64,000 nt of DNA from Escherichia phage Killian: the sequence record OQ446694.1. One strand, 5' to 3'. Position numbers and translations under genes: made by a program. The notes under the pieces are model-generated. The model did not search any database. It was not told where the DNA came from and was given only the letters and a program-made list of their open reading frames with translations. Below are positions 1 through 17,413 of the stretch, in pieces; positions within the stretch are counted from its first letter, which is position 1, and each line of letters opens with the position of its first letter.

Positions 1-2
1 CG

Positions 3-2966
3 GGGGAAAATCTCCCGAGTAATCAATATAGATGGATTAACTTAGGATATACTGCAAATAACAGCTTCTTTTTTGACGATGCTGACCCATTGACATCATA
101 CATTATTAGAGTAGCTACAGCTGCACAAGATTTTGAGCAGTCTGATTGGATTTATACCGAAGAGTTTGAAACTTTTGCTACAAATGCTTATACATTTCAA
201 AACATGATTGAAATGCAATTAGCTAATAAATTCATTCAGGAAAAATTTACTCTTAATAATTCTGACTATGTTAATTTTAATAATGACACTATAATGGCTG
301 CATTGATGAATGAATCATTCCAATTCAGCCCATCATATGCTGATGTTTCATCAATAAGTAATTTTATTATTGGTGAAAATGAGTATCATGAAATACAAGG
401 TTCTATTCAGCAAGTATGTAAGGATATTAATCGAGTTTATTTGATGGAATCAGAAGGGATTCTATATCTTTTTGAGCGTTATCAACCTGTAGTTAAAGTA
501 TCCAATGATAAAGGTCAAACCTGGAAAGCTGTAAAGCTCTTCAATGACCGTGTAGGATATCCTTTATCTAAGACTGTATATTACCAATCTGCGAGCACAA
601 CATATGTTCTAGGATACGACAAGATTTTCTATGGCCGCAAATCTACTGATGTTAGATGGTCAGCTGATGATGTCAGATTTAGTTCGCAGGACATAACATT
701 CGCTAAACTTGGTGATCAACTTCATTTGGGATTTGATGTTGAAATCTTTGGTACTTATGCTACATTACCTGCAAATGTGTATCGTATAGCTGAAGCTATT
801 ACTTGCACCGATGATTACATTTACGTTGTCGCCAGAGACAAAGTTAGATACATAAAAACGAGCAATGCACCTATAGATTCTGATCCATTATCTCCAACAT
901 ATTCAGAAAGGCTATTTGAACCTGATACAATGACTATAACTGGAAATCCTAAAGCAGTATGCTATAAAATGGATTCTATTGGTGATAAAGTTTTTGCTCT
1001 TATTATCGGTGAAGTTGAAACATTAAATGCTAATCCTAGAACGTCAAAAATAATTGATTCTGCTGATAAAGGAATATATGTTTTAAATCATGACACAAAA
1101 ACGTGGAAAAGAGTTTTTGGCAACACTGAAGAAGAAAGAAGACGTATTCAACCTGGGTATGCGAATATGTCAACTGATGGTAAATTAGTTTCTCTATCTT
1201 CGAGTAATTTTAAATTTTTAAGTGATAATATTGTTAATGACCCTGAAACTGTAGCAAAATATCAGTTAATCGGTGCCGTTAAATATGAATTTCCTCGTGA
1301 ATGGTTAGCTGATAAGCATTATCATATGATGGCATTTATAGCAGATGAAAAGTCTGATTGGGAAACTTTTACGCCTCAGCCGATGAAATACTATGCAGAA
1401 CCATTCTTTAACTGGTCTAAAAAGTCTAATACACGGTGCTGGATAAACAACTCTAATAGGGCTGTGGTAGTTTATGCAGATTTAAAATATACTAAAGTTA
1501 TTGAAAATTTTCCAGAAACATCGCCAGATAGATTAGTTCATGAATACTGGGATGACGGCGATTGCACTATAGTAATGCCAAACGTTAAATTCACGGGATT
1601 TAAAAAATATGCGTCTGGGATGCTTTTTTATAAATCCTCTGGTGAAATAATTTCTTATTATGATTTTAACTATCGAGTGAGAGACACGGTTGAAATAATT
1701 TGGAAGCCAACTGGAATATTTTTAAAAGCATTTTTACAAAACCAAGAGCATGAAACTCCTTGGTCACCAGAAGAAGAGCATGGATTAGCTGACCCTGATT
1801 TAAGACCATTGATTGGCACAATGATGCCTGATTCTTATTTACTACAAGATTCGAATTTTGAGGCATTTTGCGAAGCATATATTCAATATCTTTCTGATGG
1901 ATATGGAACTCAGTATAACAATTTACGAAATTTAATTCGTAACAAATATCCACGAGAAGAGCATGCATGGGAATATTTGTGGTCAGAGATATATAAAAGA
2001 AACATTTATTTAAATGCTGACAAACGTGATGCTGTTGCAAGATTTTTTGAATCACGTAGCTATGATTTTTATTCTACTAAAGGAATTGAAGCATCATATA
2101 AATTTCTTTTTAAAGTTCTTTATAATGAAGAAGTTGAAATTGAAATTGAATCTGGTGCTGGTACTGAATACGATATAATCGTTCAATCTGATTCTTTAAC
2201 TGAAGATTTGGTAGGACAAACGATTTATACAGCTACAGGAAGATGTAATGTTACTTATATAGAAAGAAGTTATTCTAATGGTAAATTGCAATGGACCGTA
2301 ACTATTCATAATCTTTTGGGAAGATTAATTGCTGGTCAAGAAGTTAAAGCAGAAAGACTTCCGAGTTTTGAAGGCGAAATTATTCGTGGTGTTAAAGGAA
2401 AGGATTTGCTTCAAAATAATATAGACTATATTAATAGAAGCCGATCATATTATGTAATGAAAATTAAATCCAATTTACCTTCTTCTCGCTGGAAATCTGA
2501 CGTTATTCGTTTTGTTCATCCAGTAGGATTTGGATTTATAGCAATTACCCTTTTAACGATGTTTATTAATGTTGGTTTAACTCTTAAACACACAGAGACT
2601 ATAATTAATAAATACAAAAACTACAAATGGGATTCTGGATTGCCTACTGAATATGCTGATAGAGTAGCTAAATTAACTCCAACTGGTGAAATTGAACATG
2701 ATTCAGTAACAGGAGAAGCAATTTATGAACCTGGCCCAATGGCTGGTGTAAAATATCCTCTTCCTGATGACTATAATGCTGAAAATAATAATTCAATATT
2801 TCAAGGTCAATTGCCTTCTGAACGACGCAAGTTAATGAGTCCTCTATTTGACGCATCTGGAACAACATTTGCACAGTTTAGGGATTTAGTTAATAAACGT
2901 CTAAAAGATAATATAGGAAATCCAAGAGACCCTGAAAATCCAACACAGGTTAAAATAGATGAATGA
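3..2966 (+). CDS. 7: baseplate wedge protein gp7, 5'-truncated at window edge
   Basis: 958-aa ORF; frame stays open to position 3, so the TTG at 90 in the track is internal; recalled T4 gp7 is ~1032 aa. Confidence 0.9.
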   Translation, partial: GENLPSNQYRWINLGYTANNSFFFDDADPLTSYIIRVATAAQDFEQSDWIYTEEFETFATNAYTFQNMIEMQLANKFIQEKFTLNNSDYVNFNNDTIMAALMNESFQFSPSYADVSSISNFIIGENEYHEIQGSIQQVCKDINRVYLMESEGILYLFERYQPVVKVSNDKGQTWKAVKLFNDRVGYPLSKTVYYQSASTTYVLGYDKIFYGRKSTDVRWSADDVRFSSQDITFAKLGDQLHLGFDVEIFGTYATLPANVYRIAEAITCTDDYIYVVARDKVRYIKTSNAPIDSDPLSPTYSERLFEPDTMTITGNPKAVCYKMDSIGDKVFALIIGEVETLNANPRTSKIIDSADKGIYVLNHDTKTWKRVFGNTEEERRRIQPGYANMSTDGKLVSLSSSNFKFLSDNIVNDPETVAKYQLIGAVKYEFPREWLADKHYHMMAFIADEKSDWETFTPQPMKYYAEPFFNWSKKSNTRCWINNSNRAVVVYADLKYTKVIENFPETSPDRLVHEYWDDGDCTIVMPNVKFTGFKKYASGMLFYKSSGEIISYYDFNYRVRDTVEIIWKPTGIFLKAFLQNQEHETPWSPEEEHGLADPDLRPLIGTMMPDSYLLQDSNFEAFCEAYIQYLSDGYGTQYNNLRNLIRNKYPREEHAWEYLWSEIYKRNIYLNADKRDAVARFFESRSYDFYSTKGIEASYKFLFKVLYNEEVEIEIESGAGTEYDIIVQSDSLTEDLVGQTIYTATGRCNVTYIERSYSNGKLQWTVTIHNLLGRLIAGQEVKAERLPSFEGEIIRGVKGKDLLQNNIDYINRSRSYYVMKIKSNLPSSRWKSDVIRFVHPVGFGFIAITLLTMFINVGLTLKHTETIINKYKNYKWDSGLPTEYADRVAKLTPTGEIEHDSVTGEAIYEPGPMAGVKYPLPDDYNAENNNSIFQGQLPSERRKLMSPLFDASGTTFAQFRDLVNKRLKDNIGNPRDPENPTQVKIDE

Positions 2967-3963
2967 TTCAAGTGTTATCTATCGTGCGATAGTTACTTCA
3001 AAATTTAGAACAGAAAAAATGTTGAATTTTTATAATTCAATTGGGAGTGGTCCGGATAAAAACACTATCTTTATCACATTTGGAAGATCAGAACCGTGGT
3101 CATCAAATGAAAATGAGGTGGGCTTTGCTCCACCTTATCCAACTGATTCTGTATTGGGTGTAACTGACATGTGGACTCATATGATGGGAACCGTAAAGGT
3201 TCTTCCATCTATGCTTGATGCGGTTATTCCTCGTAGAGATTGGGGAGATACTAGATATCCGGATCCATACACATTTAGAATTAACGATATTGTAGTATGT
3301 AACTCAGCTCCTTACAATGCTACTGAATCAGGCGCAGGCTGGCTAGTATATCGTTGTTTAGATGTTCCTGACACAGGAACATGCTCAATAACATCTTTGA
3401 CTGACAAGGATGAATGTATTAAGTTAGGTGGAAAATGGACTCCTTCTGTTAGGTCAATGACTCCTCCTGAAGGTCGAGGAGACGCGGAAGGAACAATCGA
3501 ACCTGGAGACGGATATGTTTGGGAATATCTTTTTGAGATTCCGCCTGATGTATCTATAAATAGATGCACAAATGAATATATCGTAGTTCCTTGGCCTGAG
3601 GAATTAAAAGAAGACCCTGCTAGATGGGGGTATGAAGATAATCTCACTTGGCAACAAGATGATTTTGGATTAATTTATCGCGTTAAGGCAAATACTATCC
3701 GTTTTAAAGCATATTTAGATTCAGTTTACTTTCCTGATGCTGCATTACCGGGAAATAAAGGATTTAGACAAATATCAATAATCACCAATCCTCTTGAAGC
3801 TAAAGTTCATCCAAATGACCCAAACGTTAAAGCTGAAAAGGATTATTATGATCCGGAAGATTTAATGAGGCATTCGGGCGAAATGATTTATATGGAAAAT
3901 AGGCCACCTATTATCATGGCAATGGATCAAACAGAAGAAATCAATATTCTGTTTACATTTTAA
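2959..3963 (+). CDS. 8: baseplate wedge protein gp8
   Basis: 334 aa, matches recalled T4 gp8 length and sequence; overlaps gene 7 stop. Confidence 0.93.
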   Translation: MNDSSVIYRAIVTSKFRTEKMLNFYNSIGSGPDKNTIFITFGRSEPWSSNENEVGFAPPYPTDSVLGVTDMWTHMMGTVKVLPSMLDAVIPRRDWGDTRYPDPYTFRINDIVVCNSAPYNATESGAGWLVYRCLDVPDTGTCSITSLTDKDECIKLGGKWTPSVRSMTPPEGRGDAEGTIEPGDGYVWEYLFEIPPDVSINRCTNEYIVVPWPEELKEDPARWGYEDNLTWQQDDFGLIYRVKANTIRFKAYLDSVYFPDAALPGNKGFRQISIITNPLEAKVHPNDPNVKAEKDYYDPEDLMRHSGEMIYMENRPPIIMAMDQTEEINILFTF

Positions 3964-3968
3964 ATTAA

Positions 3969-3996
3969 GGGAGCCCATGGGCTCCCTTTTTTTTCT
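3969..3996 (+). terminator. rho-independent terminator after gene 8
   Basis: gggagccc/gggctccc stem followed by a run of 8-9 T. Confidence 0.75.
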
Positions 3997-3997
3997 T

Positions 3998-4005
3998 TAT
4001 AAATA
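3998..4005 (+). promoter_or_regulatory. T4 late promoter (TATAAATA) for gene 9
   Basis: exact TATAAATA ~25 nt upstream of the gene 9 ATG. Confidence 0.75.
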
Positions 4006-4029
4006 CTATAAACTCATAAGGAAACCGCT

Positions 4030-4896
4030 ATGTTCATTCAAGAACCAAAGAAATTGATTGATACCGGCGAAATTGGTAACGCTTCTACTGGTGATATCTT
4101 ATTCGACGGTGGTAATAAAATTAATAGTGATTTTAACGCAATTTATAATGCGTTTGGCGATCAGCGCAAAATGGCAGTAGCAAATGGCACTGGAGCAAAT
4201 GGCCAAATTATCCATGCTACTGGATATTATCAAAAGCACTCTATAGCAGAGTACGCAACTCCAGTAAAAGTTGGCACTAGACATGATATTGATACCTCTA
4301 CTGTAGGTGTTAAAGTTATCATTGAAAAAGGCGAACTTGGCGACTGTGTTGAATTTATTAACTCAAATGGATCAATATCAGTTACTAATCCTTTAACAAT
4401 TCAGGCTATTGATTCAATCAAAGGTGTTTCGGGTAATTTGGTAGTAACTAGCCCATATAGTAAAGTTACTTTACGATGTATTTCATCTGATAATTCTACA
4501 TCTGTTTGGAATTATTCTATTGAAAGTATGTTTGGACAAAAGGAATCACCAGCTGAAGGTACATGGAATATTTCTACATCTGGATCAGTTGACATTCCAC
4601 TATTTCACCGTACTGAATATAACATGGCTAAATTGTTAGTTACGTGCCAATCGATAGATGGAAGAAAAATTAAAACAGCAGAAATAAATATTCTTGTGGA
4701 TAATGTTAATTCAGAGGTCATTTCTTCTGAATATGCTGTCATGCGAGTTGGGAATGAAACTGAAGAAGACGAAATCGCTAATATTGCATTTAGTATTAAA
4801 ACAAATTATGTAACAGCGACTATAAGTTCTTCAACTGTCGGTATGAGAGCAGCAGTTAAAGTTATCGCTACGCAGAAAATCGGGGTGGCTCAATAA
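4030..4896 (+). CDS. 9: baseplate wedge / long tail fiber socket protein gp9
   Basis: 288 aa, same length as recalled T4 gp9. Confidence 0.93.
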   Translation: MFIQEPKKLIDTGEIGNASTGDILFDGGNKINSDFNAIYNAFGDQRKMAVANGTGANGQIIHATGYYQKHSIAEYATPVKVGTRHDIDTSTVGVKVIIEKGELGDCVEFINSNGSISVTNPLTIQAIDSIKGVSGNLVVTSPYSKVTLRCISSDNSTSVWNYSIESMFGQKESPAEGTWNISTSGSVDIPLFHRTEYNMAKLLVTCQSIDGRKIKTAEINILVDNVNSEVISSEYAVMRVGNETEEDEIANIAFSIKTNYVTATISSSTVGMRAAVKVIATQKIGVAQ

Positions 4897-6701
4897 TGAA
4901 ACAAAATATTAATATCGGTAATGTTGTTGATGATGGTACCGGTGACTACCTGCGTAAAGGTGGTATAAAAATAAATGAAAACTTTGATGAACTTTATTAT
5001 GAACTTGGTGATGGAGATGTTCCATATTCAGCCGGTGCCTGGAAAACTTATAATGCTTCATCCGGTCAAACATTAAAAGCTAAGTGGGGAAAATCATACG
5101 CTATTAATACCTCTTCTGGAAGAGTAACTTTACAACTTCCTAAAGGAACTGTTAATGATTATAATAAAGTAATTAGAGCTAGGGATGTATTTGCAACATG
5201 GAACATTAATCCAGTTACTTTAGTAGCTGCTTCTGGGGATACAATTAAAGGGTCGTCATCGTCAGTTGAAATTAATATTCAATTTAGTGATTTAGAGCTC
5301 GTTTATTGCGCTCCAGGACGTTGGGAGTATGTCAAAAACAAACAAATTGATAAAATTATTAGTTCAGATATTAGTAATGTAGCTCGCAAAGAATTTTTAG
5401 TAGAAGTTCAAGGACAAACTGACTTTTTAGATGTTTTCCATGGAACTAGTTATAATGTCAATAACATCAGAGTAAAACACCGCGGTAACGAATTATATTA
5501 CGGCGATGTATTTAGTGAAAACAGTGACTTTGGCTCTCCGGGGGAAAATGAAGGAGAATTAATTCCTCTTGATGGATTTAATATTAGGTTAAGACAGCCT
5601 TGTAATATTGGCGACACTGTTCAAATTGAAACGTTTATGGATGGTGTATCACAATGGAGAAGTTCATATACAAGACGCCAAATAAAAGTACTAGATTCAA
5701 AACTAACATCAAAGACTTCTTTAGAAGGAAGCATTTATGTTACTGATTTATCGGCGATGAAATCAATTCCATTCTCTGCGTTTGGATTAATTCCTGGCGA
5801 ACCCATTAATCCTAATTCTCTCGAGGTTCGTTTTAATGGAATTTTACAGCAACAGGCTGGAACAGCTGGGTATCCTCTGTTTTTGTGCGAAGGCGCTAAT
5901 TCAGATACGCAAGAAGGATGTATATCTCTTGGTGGCGAATGGAAAGAATCAAACACAGATTATTCTATAGAATATGAAGATGGAAAACCTACCAGTCTTT
6001 TATTTGATAGAAAATTTGAATCAGGCGATATAATCGTTATAACGTGGTTCAATAATGATTTAGGAACTCTTTTAGAAAAAGATGACATCATTGAATTGAC
6101 TGATGACCGTTATGTTAGCAAAGGATCGTCTACCGAAGTTACTGGCGATGTAGCTTTAACAGATTTTGATAAAATTGGTTGGCCAAATGTTGAAAAAGTT
6201 GATTCTTATACTAGAACGTATAATTCAATATCATCTATTTTCGATAGCATTTATCCTGTAGGTTCAATTTATGAAAATGCTATAAACCCAAATAATCCGG
6301 TGACTTATATGGGGTTTGGTTCATGGAAATTATTTGGTAAAGGACAAGTTTTAGTAGGATGGAATGATGATGTTACGGATCCAAACTTTGCTTTAAACAA
6401 TAATGATTTAGATTCTAGTGGAAATCCTTCACACACTGCCGGTGGAACAGTTGGAACAACATCAGTAACGCTTGAAAACGCAAATCTTCCTGCGACTAAA
6501 ACTGATGAAAGAGTTTTAATTGAAGATGAAAATGGATCAGTTATTATTGGAGGTTGTCAATATGACCCAGATGAAACTGGTCCTATATATACAAAATATC
6601 GTGAAGACTATGCAACAACAAACTCTTCACATACTCCTCCTACTAATATTAGTAATATTCAACCGTCTATTACTGTATACCGTTGGATAAGGATTGCATA
6701 A
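4896..6701 (+). CDS. 10: baseplate wedge protein gp10
   Basis: 601 aa (T4 gp10 ~602 aa); start overlaps gene 9 stop. Confidence 0.93.
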   Translation: MKQNINIGNVVDDGTGDYLRKGGIKINENFDELYYELGDGDVPYSAGAWKTYNASSGQTLKAKWGKSYAINTSSGRVTLQLPKGTVNDYNKVIRARDVFATWNINPVTLVAASGDTIKGSSSSVEINIQFSDLELVYCAPGRWEYVKNKQIDKIISSDISNVARKEFLVEVQGQTDFLDVFHGTSYNVNNIRVKHRGNELYYGDVFSENSDFGSPGENEGELIPLDGFNIRLRQPCNIGDTVQIETFMDGVSQWRSSYTRRQIKVLDSKLTSKTSLEGSIYVTDLSAMKSIPFSAFGLIPGEPINPNSLEVRFNGILQQQAGTAGYPLFLCEGANSDTQEGCISLGGEWKESNTDYSIEYEDGKPTSLLFDRKFESGDIIVITWFNNDLGTLLEKDDIIELTDDRYVSKGSSTEVTGDVALTDFDKIGWPNVEKVDSYTRTYNSISSIFDSIYPVGSIYENAINPNNPVTYMGFGSWKLFGKGQVLVGWNDDVTDPNFALNNNDLDSSGNPSHTAGGTVGTTSVTLENANLPATKTDERVLIEDENGSVIIGGCQYDPDETGPIYTKYREDYATTNSSHTPPTNISNIQPSITVYRWIRIA

Positions 6702-7360
6702 TGAGTTTACTTAATAATAAAGCGGGAGTTATTTCCCGCTTAGCGGATTTTCTTGGTTTTAGAACTAAGAAAAATGATATTTCGATTATGAATAATCAGC
6801 CAGTAGGCGCTGTAACAATTTCACAAATATCAAAAGGTTTTTATGATTCAAATGTAGAATCTGCTATCAATGACGTTAGAAATATGGCAGAGCAGCCGGT
6901 TGGAGCTGTATTAGTTAATATAAGCGGCGTATCTCCTACTGGCGTGCAACAAACCGACTATTGGTCATTTGAAGGAACTGTTACTGATACTTCAGTCAAA
7001 TCAGGTGACCCAGTTATTGTTAACATGTTTGGTATTCCAGTTAAAGCTACTAATGGAATGACTTCAATTGAATTTACTAGTGCCGTTAGAATAGCTCTAC
7101 AGGAAATGGTTGTAAAATTTATTGCAATTGATTCATTTGAAGACCATCCTACCATAGGAAATAAAATACAAGTTAAGTATTTAGATAACCAAGAACATAT
7201 CTTAGAACAATACTCTGATAAAGGAATTACTTTCAAACAGGAAATAATTTCTCCTTCTAAACCTGGGTATGGAACTTGGCAATTATTAGGTGCGCAAACT
7301 GTTACGCTAGATAGTCACACACAACCTACAGTATTTTATTATTTTGAGAGAGTAGCATGA
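6701..7360 (+). CDS. 11: baseplate wedge protein gp11
   Basis: ATG at 6701 overlaps gene 10 TAA (TAATG) giving 219 aa as in T4; track ORF starts 6 codons earlier. Confidence 0.9.
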   Translation: MSLLNNKAGVISRLADFLGFRTKKNDISIMNNQPVGAVTISQISKGFYDSNVESAINDVRNMAEQPVGAVLVNISGVSPTGVQQTDYWSFEGTVTDTSVKSGDPVIVNMFGIPVKATNGMTSIEFTSAVRIALQEMVVKFIAIDSFEDHPTIGNKIQVKYLDNQEHILEQYSDKGITFKQEIISPSKPGYGTWQLLGAQTVTLDSHTQPTVFYYFERVA

Positions 7361-8907
7361 GTAACAATACATATCAGCACGTATCAAATGAATCAAAGTA
7401 TGTTAAATTCGATCCAGTAGGATCGAATTTTCCTGGCACTGTTACGACAGTACAGTCTGCATTATCAAAAATAAGTAATATCGGCGTAAATGGTATTCCT
7501 GATGCAACTATGGAAGTTAAAGGAATAGCAATGATTGCGTCAGAACAAGAGGTTTTAGATGGAACTAATAACTCTAAAATCGTTACACCAGCTACATTAG
7601 CAACAAGATTATTGTATCCAAATGCTACTGAAACTAAATATGGTTTAACGCGTTATTCAACAAATGAAGAAACATTAAAAGGCTCAGATAATAATTCATC
7701 AATAACACCACAAAAACTGAAATACCACACTGACGATGTGTTCAAAAATAGATATTCGTCTGAGTCATCAAACGGGGTTATTAAAATATCATCTACACCT
7801 GCAGCTTTGGCTGGAGTTGATGATACTACTGCGATGACTCCGCTAAAAACCCAAAAACTTGCAATAAAATTAATTTCGCAAATAGCTCCTTCAGAAGACA
7901 CTGCAACAGAATCGGTGAGAGGAGTAGTTCAATTATCTACTGTTGCACAAATTCGTCAAGGAACTCTCCGCGAAGGATATGCAATTTCCCCGTATACCTT
8001 TATGAATTCTGTTGCAACACATGAATATAGGGGTGTTATACGTCTAGGAACGCAGACTGAAATTAATAATAATTTGGGCGGTGTTGCAGTAACAGGTGAA
8101 ACACTAAATGGTCGAGGAGCTACCGGTTCTATGCGTGGAGTAGTTAAATTAACGACGCAAGCCGGTATTGCCCCTGAAGGTGATAGCTCTGGAGCATTAG
8201 CATGGAACGCAGATGTAATTAATACTCGTGGTGGACAAACTATTAATGGTTCTTTAAATTTAGACCATCTTACAGCAAATGGAATTTGGTCACGCGGTGG
8301 AATGTGGAAAAATGGCGATCAACCTGTTGCCACTGAAAGATATGCGTCCGAAAGGGTTCCAGTTGGAACTATTATGATGTTTGCGGGTGATTCAGCACCT
8401 CCAGGTTGGATTATGTGTCACGGTGGAACCGTGTCAGGTGACCAATTTCCTGATTATAGAAACGTAGTTGGATCAAGATTTGGTGGTGATTGGAATAATC
8501 CTGGTATTCCTGATATGCGAGGTCTTTTCGTCAGAGGAGCCGGTACTGGCGGTCATATTTTAAATCAACGAGGACAAGATGGTTATGGAAAGGATAGACT
8601 TGGTGTAGGATGTGACGGAATGCATGTTGGTGGTGTCCAGGCACAACAAATGTCATACCATAAACACGCCGGTGGTTGGGGAGAATATAACAGAAGTGAA
8701 GGCCCATTTGGCGCGTCAGTTTATCAAGGATATCTTGGAACTAGAAAATATTCCGACTGGGATAATGCTTCATACTTCACTAATGATGGATTTGAATTAG
8801 GTGGACCGAGAGATGCTCATGGTACACTTAATCGTGAAGGATTAATTGGTTATGAAACTAGACCATGGAATATATCATTAAACTATATTATTAAAATTCA
8901 TTACTAA
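7357..8907 (+). CDS. 12: short tail fiber protein gp12
   Basis: 516 aa; conserved C-terminal receptor-binding region ending ...[13 protein letters not shown]. Confidence 0.92.
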   Translation: MSNNTYQHVSNESKYVKFDPVGSNFPGTVTTVQSALSKISNIGVNGIPDATMEVKGIAMIASEQEVLDGTNNSKIVTPATLATRLLYPNATETKYGLTRYSTNEETLKGSDNNSSITPQKLKYHTDDVFKNRYSSESSNGVIKISSTPAALAGVDDTTAMTPLKTQKLAIKLISQIAPSEDTATESVRGVVQLSTVAQIRQGTLREGYAISPYTFMNSVATHEYRGVIRLGTQTEINNNLGGVAVTGETLNGRGATGSMRGVVKLTTQAGIAPEGDSSGALAWNADVINTRGGQTINGSLNLDHLTANGIWSRGGMWKNGDQPVATERYASERVPVGTIMMFAGDSAPPGWIMCHGGTVSGDQFPDYRNVVGSRFGGDWNNPGIPDMRGLFVRGAGTGGHILNQRGQDGYGKDRLGVGCDGMHVGGVQAQQMSYHKHAGGWGEYNRSEGPFGASVYQGYLGTRKYSDWDNASYFTNDGFELGGPRDAHGTLNREGLIGYETRPWNISLNYIIKIHY

Positions 8908-8916
8908 GGATTACAA

Positions 8917-10374
8917 ATGATTGAATTAAAAGAGTTACCTTTTGTTGATAGCGCTCCTGACGAAGGTCAAGAGCGTATTTCATGGATTAAAAATGGTGAA
9001 GAAATATTAGGAGCTAGTACTAAGTATGGAAATGATGGATCAATGAATAGACCTATTGTTTCCGTGTTTAAAAATGTCGAAGTTCTTGATGAAAATGTGG
9101 GAATTCTTAAAACTGCCATTGAAACATCGCAGAAAGATATTAAAACAATTCAAGGAGTTTTAGATGTATCAGGAGATATAGAAGCACTAGCACAGATCAG
9201 TGTTAATAAAAATGACATATCAAATTTAAAGACACTTACTAATGAACACACTGATATATTAACTGGAACTAATAATACAGTTGACAAAATTATTGCTGAT
9301 ATAGGTCCATTTAATGATGAAGAAAACTCTGTTTACAGAACAATTAGAAATGATTTATTGTGGATTAAACAGGAATTAGGACAATATTCTGGTCAAGACA
9401 TTAACGGTCTTCCTGTTGTTGGTAATGCTAGCACAGGAATGAAACACAGAATAATAACAAATAGTACGTTATTATCTTCACAAGGCATTCGTTTAAGCGA
9501 ATTAGAAACTAAATTTACTGAATCTGACGTAGGATCATTAACTGTTGAAGTTGGTAAATTACGCGATGAACTTGGTAATAAACCGGTAGATTTTGGGCCA
9601 AATATTTATAATAGATTAAACACCATAGATGATAAACAAACTTTAATAAATTCTGATATAGCAGAAATTAAATCTTCTATTGGATACCCAGAAAATGTTT
9701 CTATAATAACAGAAATTAATAATAACAAAAGTAGCATTGAAGCTATTAATAATGAATTAAATCAGAGTGAAGGTGTTAAACAACGCTTAACGGCTATTGA
9801 AACTTCTATCGGTTCAGATGATATTCCTTCTAGTATTAAAGGAAAAATTAAAAATCACACAACTTCTATTGAGTCTTTAAACGGAATTGTTGGTGAAAAC
9901 ACTTCGTCTGGTTTAAGAGCGAATGTTTCGTGGTTAAATCAAATTGTTGGAACTGACTCCAGCGGAGGACAACCGTCTCCTTCTGGATCTCTATTAAATA
10001 AAGTTTCAGTGCTTGAAGGAGAAGTTTCAGTTTTAAACAATAATGTTCAAAATATACAAGTTGAAATAGGAAATAATAGAACAGGAATTAAAGGTCAAGT
10101 TATTGAACTTACTTCACTTATAAATGGAAATAATCCTGACGGATCAACTGTTGAAGAACGAGGATTAACTAATTCTGTAAAAACGAATGAAACCAACATT
10201 GCGGCAGTTACACATGAAGTAAATACAGCTAAAGACAATATATCCTCTTTACAGAGCAGCGTTCAAGCTCTACAAGAAGCAGGTTATATTCCTGAAGCTC
10301 CAAAAGATGGCCAAGCTTACGTTCGTAAAGACGGCGAATGGGTACTACTTTCTACCTTTTTATCACCAGCATAA
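8917..10374 (+). CDS. wac: fibritin (whisker antigen control)
   Basis: 485 aa; coiled-coil repeats; C-terminal foldon [27 protein letters not shown]; N-terminus differs from T4. Confidence 0.93.
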   Translation: MIELKELPFVDSAPDEGQERISWIKNGEEILGASTKYGNDGSMNRPIVSVFKNVEVLDENVGILKTAIETSQKDIKTIQGVLDVSGDIEALAQISVNKNDISNLKTLTNEHTDILTGTNNTVDKIIADIGPFNDEENSVYRTIRNDLLWIKQELGQYSGQDINGLPVVGNASTGMKHRIITNSTLLSSQGIRLSELETKFTESDVGSLTVEVGKLRDELGNKPVDFGPNIYNRLNTIDDKQTLINSDIAEIKSSIGYPENVSIITEINNNKSSIEAINNELNQSEGVKQRLTAIETSIGSDDIPSSIKGKIKNHTTSIESLNGIVGENTSSGLRANVSWLNQIVGTDSSGGQPSPSGSLLNKVSVLEGEVSVLNNNVQNIQVEIGNNRTGIKGQVIELTSLINGNNPDGSTVEERGLTNSVKTNETNIAAVTHEVNTAKDNISSLQSSVQALQEAGYIPEAPKDGQAYVRKDGEWVLLSTFLSPA

Positions 10375-10377
10375 CAT

Positions 10378-10393
10378 GGGGCCGCAAGGCCCC
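10378..10393 (+). terminator. hairpin after wac (terminator-like)
   Basis: ggggcc-gcaa-ggcccc tetraloop hairpin; T-tract not immediately adjacent. Confidence 0.4.
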
Positions 10394-10405
10394 AAAGGAT
10401 TTTAA

Positions 10406-12107
<1,702 letters not shown>

Positions 12108-12148
12108 TAAATATTATAAACTAATTAAAGCCCAGATTAGGAGAAATC

Positions 12149-15289
<3,141 letters not shown>

Positions 15290-15317
15290 TATTAAAGCAT
15301 ATTAAAGAGGATTAAAA

Positions 15318-17297
15318 ATGACTTTATTATCTCCGGGCATTGAGCTCAAAGAAACTACGGTTCAAAGCACCGTGGTTAATAACTCTACTGGTACAGCAGC
15401 TTTGGCCGGTAAATTCCAGTGGGGTCCTGCTTTTCAAATTAAACAGGTTACAAATGAAGTAGATTTAGTTAATACTTTTGGTCAACCTACAGCTGAAACT
15501 GCTGACTATTTTATGTCTGCAATGAATTTCTTACAATATGGAAATGATTTGCGAGTCGTGCGTGCTGTCGATAGAGATACCGCTAAAAACTCATCTCCGA
15601 TTGCCGGTAATATTGAATACACTATTTCTACCCCAGGTAGTAACTACGCGGTTGGAGATAAAATCACGGTTAAGTATGTTTCAGAAGATGTTGAAACAGA
15701 ATGTAAAGTTACCGAAGTAGATGCTGATGGAAAAATTAAGAAAATTAATATTCCTACCGCAAAAATTATCGCTAAAGCAAAAGAAGTAGGCGAATATCCA
15801 GCATTAGGTTCTAATTGGACCGCGGAAATTTCTTCGTCTTCCTCTGGTTTAGCTGCAGTAATAACTCTTGGAAAAATTATTACTGATTCTGGTATTTTAT
15901 TAGCTGAAATTGAAAATGCCGAAGCTGCTATGACAGCGGTTGAATTTCAGGCAAATCTCGAAAAATATGGAATTCCAGGAGTAGTAGCTCTTTATCCAGG
16001 TGAGTTGGGCGATAAAATTGAAATTGAAATCGTATCTAAAGCTGACTACGCAAAAGGGGCTTCTGCATTACTCCCAATTTATCCAGGTGGCGGAACACGC
16101 GCATCTACTGCCAAAGCAGTGTTTGGATATGGACCACAAACTGACTCGCAATACGCTATTATAGTTCGTCGCAATGATGCTATTGTTCAAAGCGTTGTTC
16201 TTTCAACAAAGCGTGGCGAAAAAGATATTTACGATAGTAACATCTATATTGATGACTTTTTCGCAAAAGGTGGTTCAGAATATATTTTCGCAACTGCACA
16301 AAACTGGCCAGAAGGCTTCTCTGGAATTTTAACTCTGTCTGGTGGATTATCATCAAATGCTGAAGTAACAGCAGGAGATTTGATGGAAGCTTGGGACTTC
16401 TTTGCTGACCGTGAATCTGTTGATGTTCAGTTGTTTATTGCGGGTTCTTGTGCCGGTGAATCTTTAGAAACAGCATCTACTGTCCAAAAACACGTCGTTT
16501 CAATTGGAGATGCTCGCCAAGATTGCTTAGTATTGTGCTCACCACCGCGTGAAACTGTTGTTGGAATTCCTGTAACTCGCGCTGTTGATAACTTAGTCAA
16601 TTGGAGAACCGCAGCAGGTTCATACACTGATAATAACTTTAATATCAGTTCAACCTATGCAGCAATCGATGGTAACTACAAGTATCAGTATGACAAATAT
16701 AATGATGTAAATCGTTGGGTTCCATTAGCAGCTGACATTGCTGGTTTATGCGCGAGAACTGATAACGTTTCTCAGACTTGGATGTCTCCAGCTGGTTATA
16801 ATCGTGGCCAGATTCTTAACGTTATTAAACTTGCTATTGAAACTCGCCAAGCTCAGCGCGACCGTTTATATCAAGAAGCTATCAACCCAGTAACTGGTAC
16901 AGGTGGTGATGGTTACGTATTATATGGTGATAAAACAGCTACTTCTGTTCCTTCTCCATTTGATCGTATTAACGTTCGTCGTCTGTTTAATATGTTGAAA
17001 ACGAATATCGGACGTAGTTCAAAATATCGTTTGTTCGAATTAAACAACGCGTTTACTCGTTCATCGTTCCGCACAGAAACTGCCCAATACTTACAGGGAA
17101 TTAAAGCTCTCGGTGGAATTTATGAATATCGTGTAGTTTGCGATACAACAAATAACACTCCGTCAGTAATTGATAGAAATGAGTTTGTTGCAACATTCTA
17201 CATTCAACCGGCTAGAAGCATTAACTACATTACCTTAAACTTCGTAGCAACTGCTACTGGTGCAGATTTCGATGAGTTAACTGGTCTTGCAGGTTAA
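15318..17297 (+). CDS. 18: tail sheath protein gp18
   Basis: 659 aa as in T4. Confidence 0.95.
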   Translation: MTLLSPGIELKETTVQSTVVNNSTGTAALAGKFQWGPAFQIKQVTNEVDLVNTFGQPTAETADYFMSAMNFLQYGNDLRVVRAVDRDTAKNSSPIAGNIEYTISTPGSNYAVGDKITVKYVSEDVETECKVTEVDADGKIKKINIPTAKIIAKAKEVGEYPALGSNWTAEISSSSSGLAAVITLGKIITDSGILLAEIENAEAAMTAVEFQANLEKYGIPGVVALYPGELGDKIEIEIVSKADYAKGASALLPIYPGGGTRASTAKAVFGYGPQTDSQYAIIVRRNDAIVQSVVLSTKRGEKDIYDSNIYIDDFFAKGGSEYIFATAQNWPEGFSGILTLSGGLSSNAEVTAGDLMEAWDFFADRESVDVQLFIAGSCAGESLETASTVQKHVVSIGDARQDCLVLCSPPRETVVGIPVTRAVDNLVNWRTAAGSYTDNNFNISSTYAAIDGNYKYQYDKYNDVNRWVPLAADIAGLCARTDNVSQTWMSPAGYNRGQILNVIKLAIETRQAQRDRLYQEAINPVTGTGGDGYVLYGDKTATSVPSPFDRINVRRLFNMLKTNIGRSSKYRLFELNNAFTRSSFRTETAQYLQGIKALGGIYEYRVVCDTTNNTPSVIDRNEFVATFYIQPARSINYITLNFVATATGADFDELTGLAG

Positions 17298-17332
17298 TAC
17301 GGTGCATTCTAAAGGCCTGTTTCGGCAGGCCA

Positions 17333-17340
17333 TATAAATA
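17333..17340 (+). promoter_or_regulatory. T4 late promoter (first of two upstream of gene 19)
   Basis: exact TATAAATA after hairpin ggcctg-tttcgg-caggcc. Confidence 0.6.
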
Positions 17341-17391
17341 CACTATATCCTTAATTCTTTAATTCTATATGCCCTAGGTTAAACATAGGGA

Positions 17392-17399
17392 TATAAATA
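17392..17399 (+). promoter_or_regulatory. T4 late promoter (second, proximal to gene 19)
   Basis: exact TATAAATA 14 nt upstream of gene 19 ATG. Confidence 0.7.
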
Positions 17400-17413
17400 C
17401 TACAGAGGCTAAT

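Noticed and set aside
90-92. TTG/GTG start codons reported by the ORF track for several genes (7, 20, uvsW.1, denA)
   Set aside because: For gene 7 the frame is open to the window edge; for the others an internal ATG with a proper RBS reproduces the known T4 protein length.
1666-2055. 129-aa ORF on the - strand inside gene 7
   Set aside because: Fully embedded antisense to a well-supported structural gene; typical AT-rich spurious ORF.
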